Below are positions 17,785 to 17,875 of a stretch of 17,875 bases of DNA, in pieces. Within the stretch, counting starts at the first letter, position 1. The number at the start of each line of letters is the position of its first letter. The DNA is from Octopus sinensis. Lineage: Eukaryota. Below the pieces are notes generated by a model, which saw nothing but the letters and a program-made list of their open reading frames with translations, searched no databases and was not told the DNA's origin. Both the position numbers and the translations under genes were made by a program. The stretch covers positions 1 to 17,875 of the forward strand of contig NW_021824721.1 in NCBI RefSeq assembly GCF_006345805.1, given 5' to 3'.

Positions 17785-17875
17785 CACACGCATTCACACA
17801 CACACACATTGATACATGCATTTACACATACGTATGCAATTCACACACACGTCAGAACTTCAAAAGAAATCCACC

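Overview
AT-rich, microsatellite-dense eukaryotic DNA with no intact protein-coding gene; the 30 track ORFs are microsatellite, SINE-antisense or low-complexity artefacts. The repeat content looks like an Octopus (coleoid cephalopod) intron or intergenic region, which is an inference from pattern recognition. It contains: many tRNA-derived SINE copies (a ~410-bp family A, a ~230-bp family B with two alternative 3' tails, and a (GAT)n-tailed family C); a 5 x 183-bp tandem array of family B; a decayed L1/Tx1-clade LINE endonuclease region; a non-autonomous Helitron; a pogo/Tigger-like MITE; a young 254-bp GG...CC MITE with an 8-bp TSD (Merlin-like); and a Penelope-like fragment with a degenerate hammerhead motif. 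The most unusual item is a ~285-bp foldback element (14089-14373) whose inverted arms each enclose an (ATT)n microsatellite and a hammerhead-ribozyme-like core. CpG is decayed in old repeats left of ~14 kb but retained to the right, suggesting a methylation boundary beside a candidate TCT-type promoter and short first exon at ~14.9 kb.
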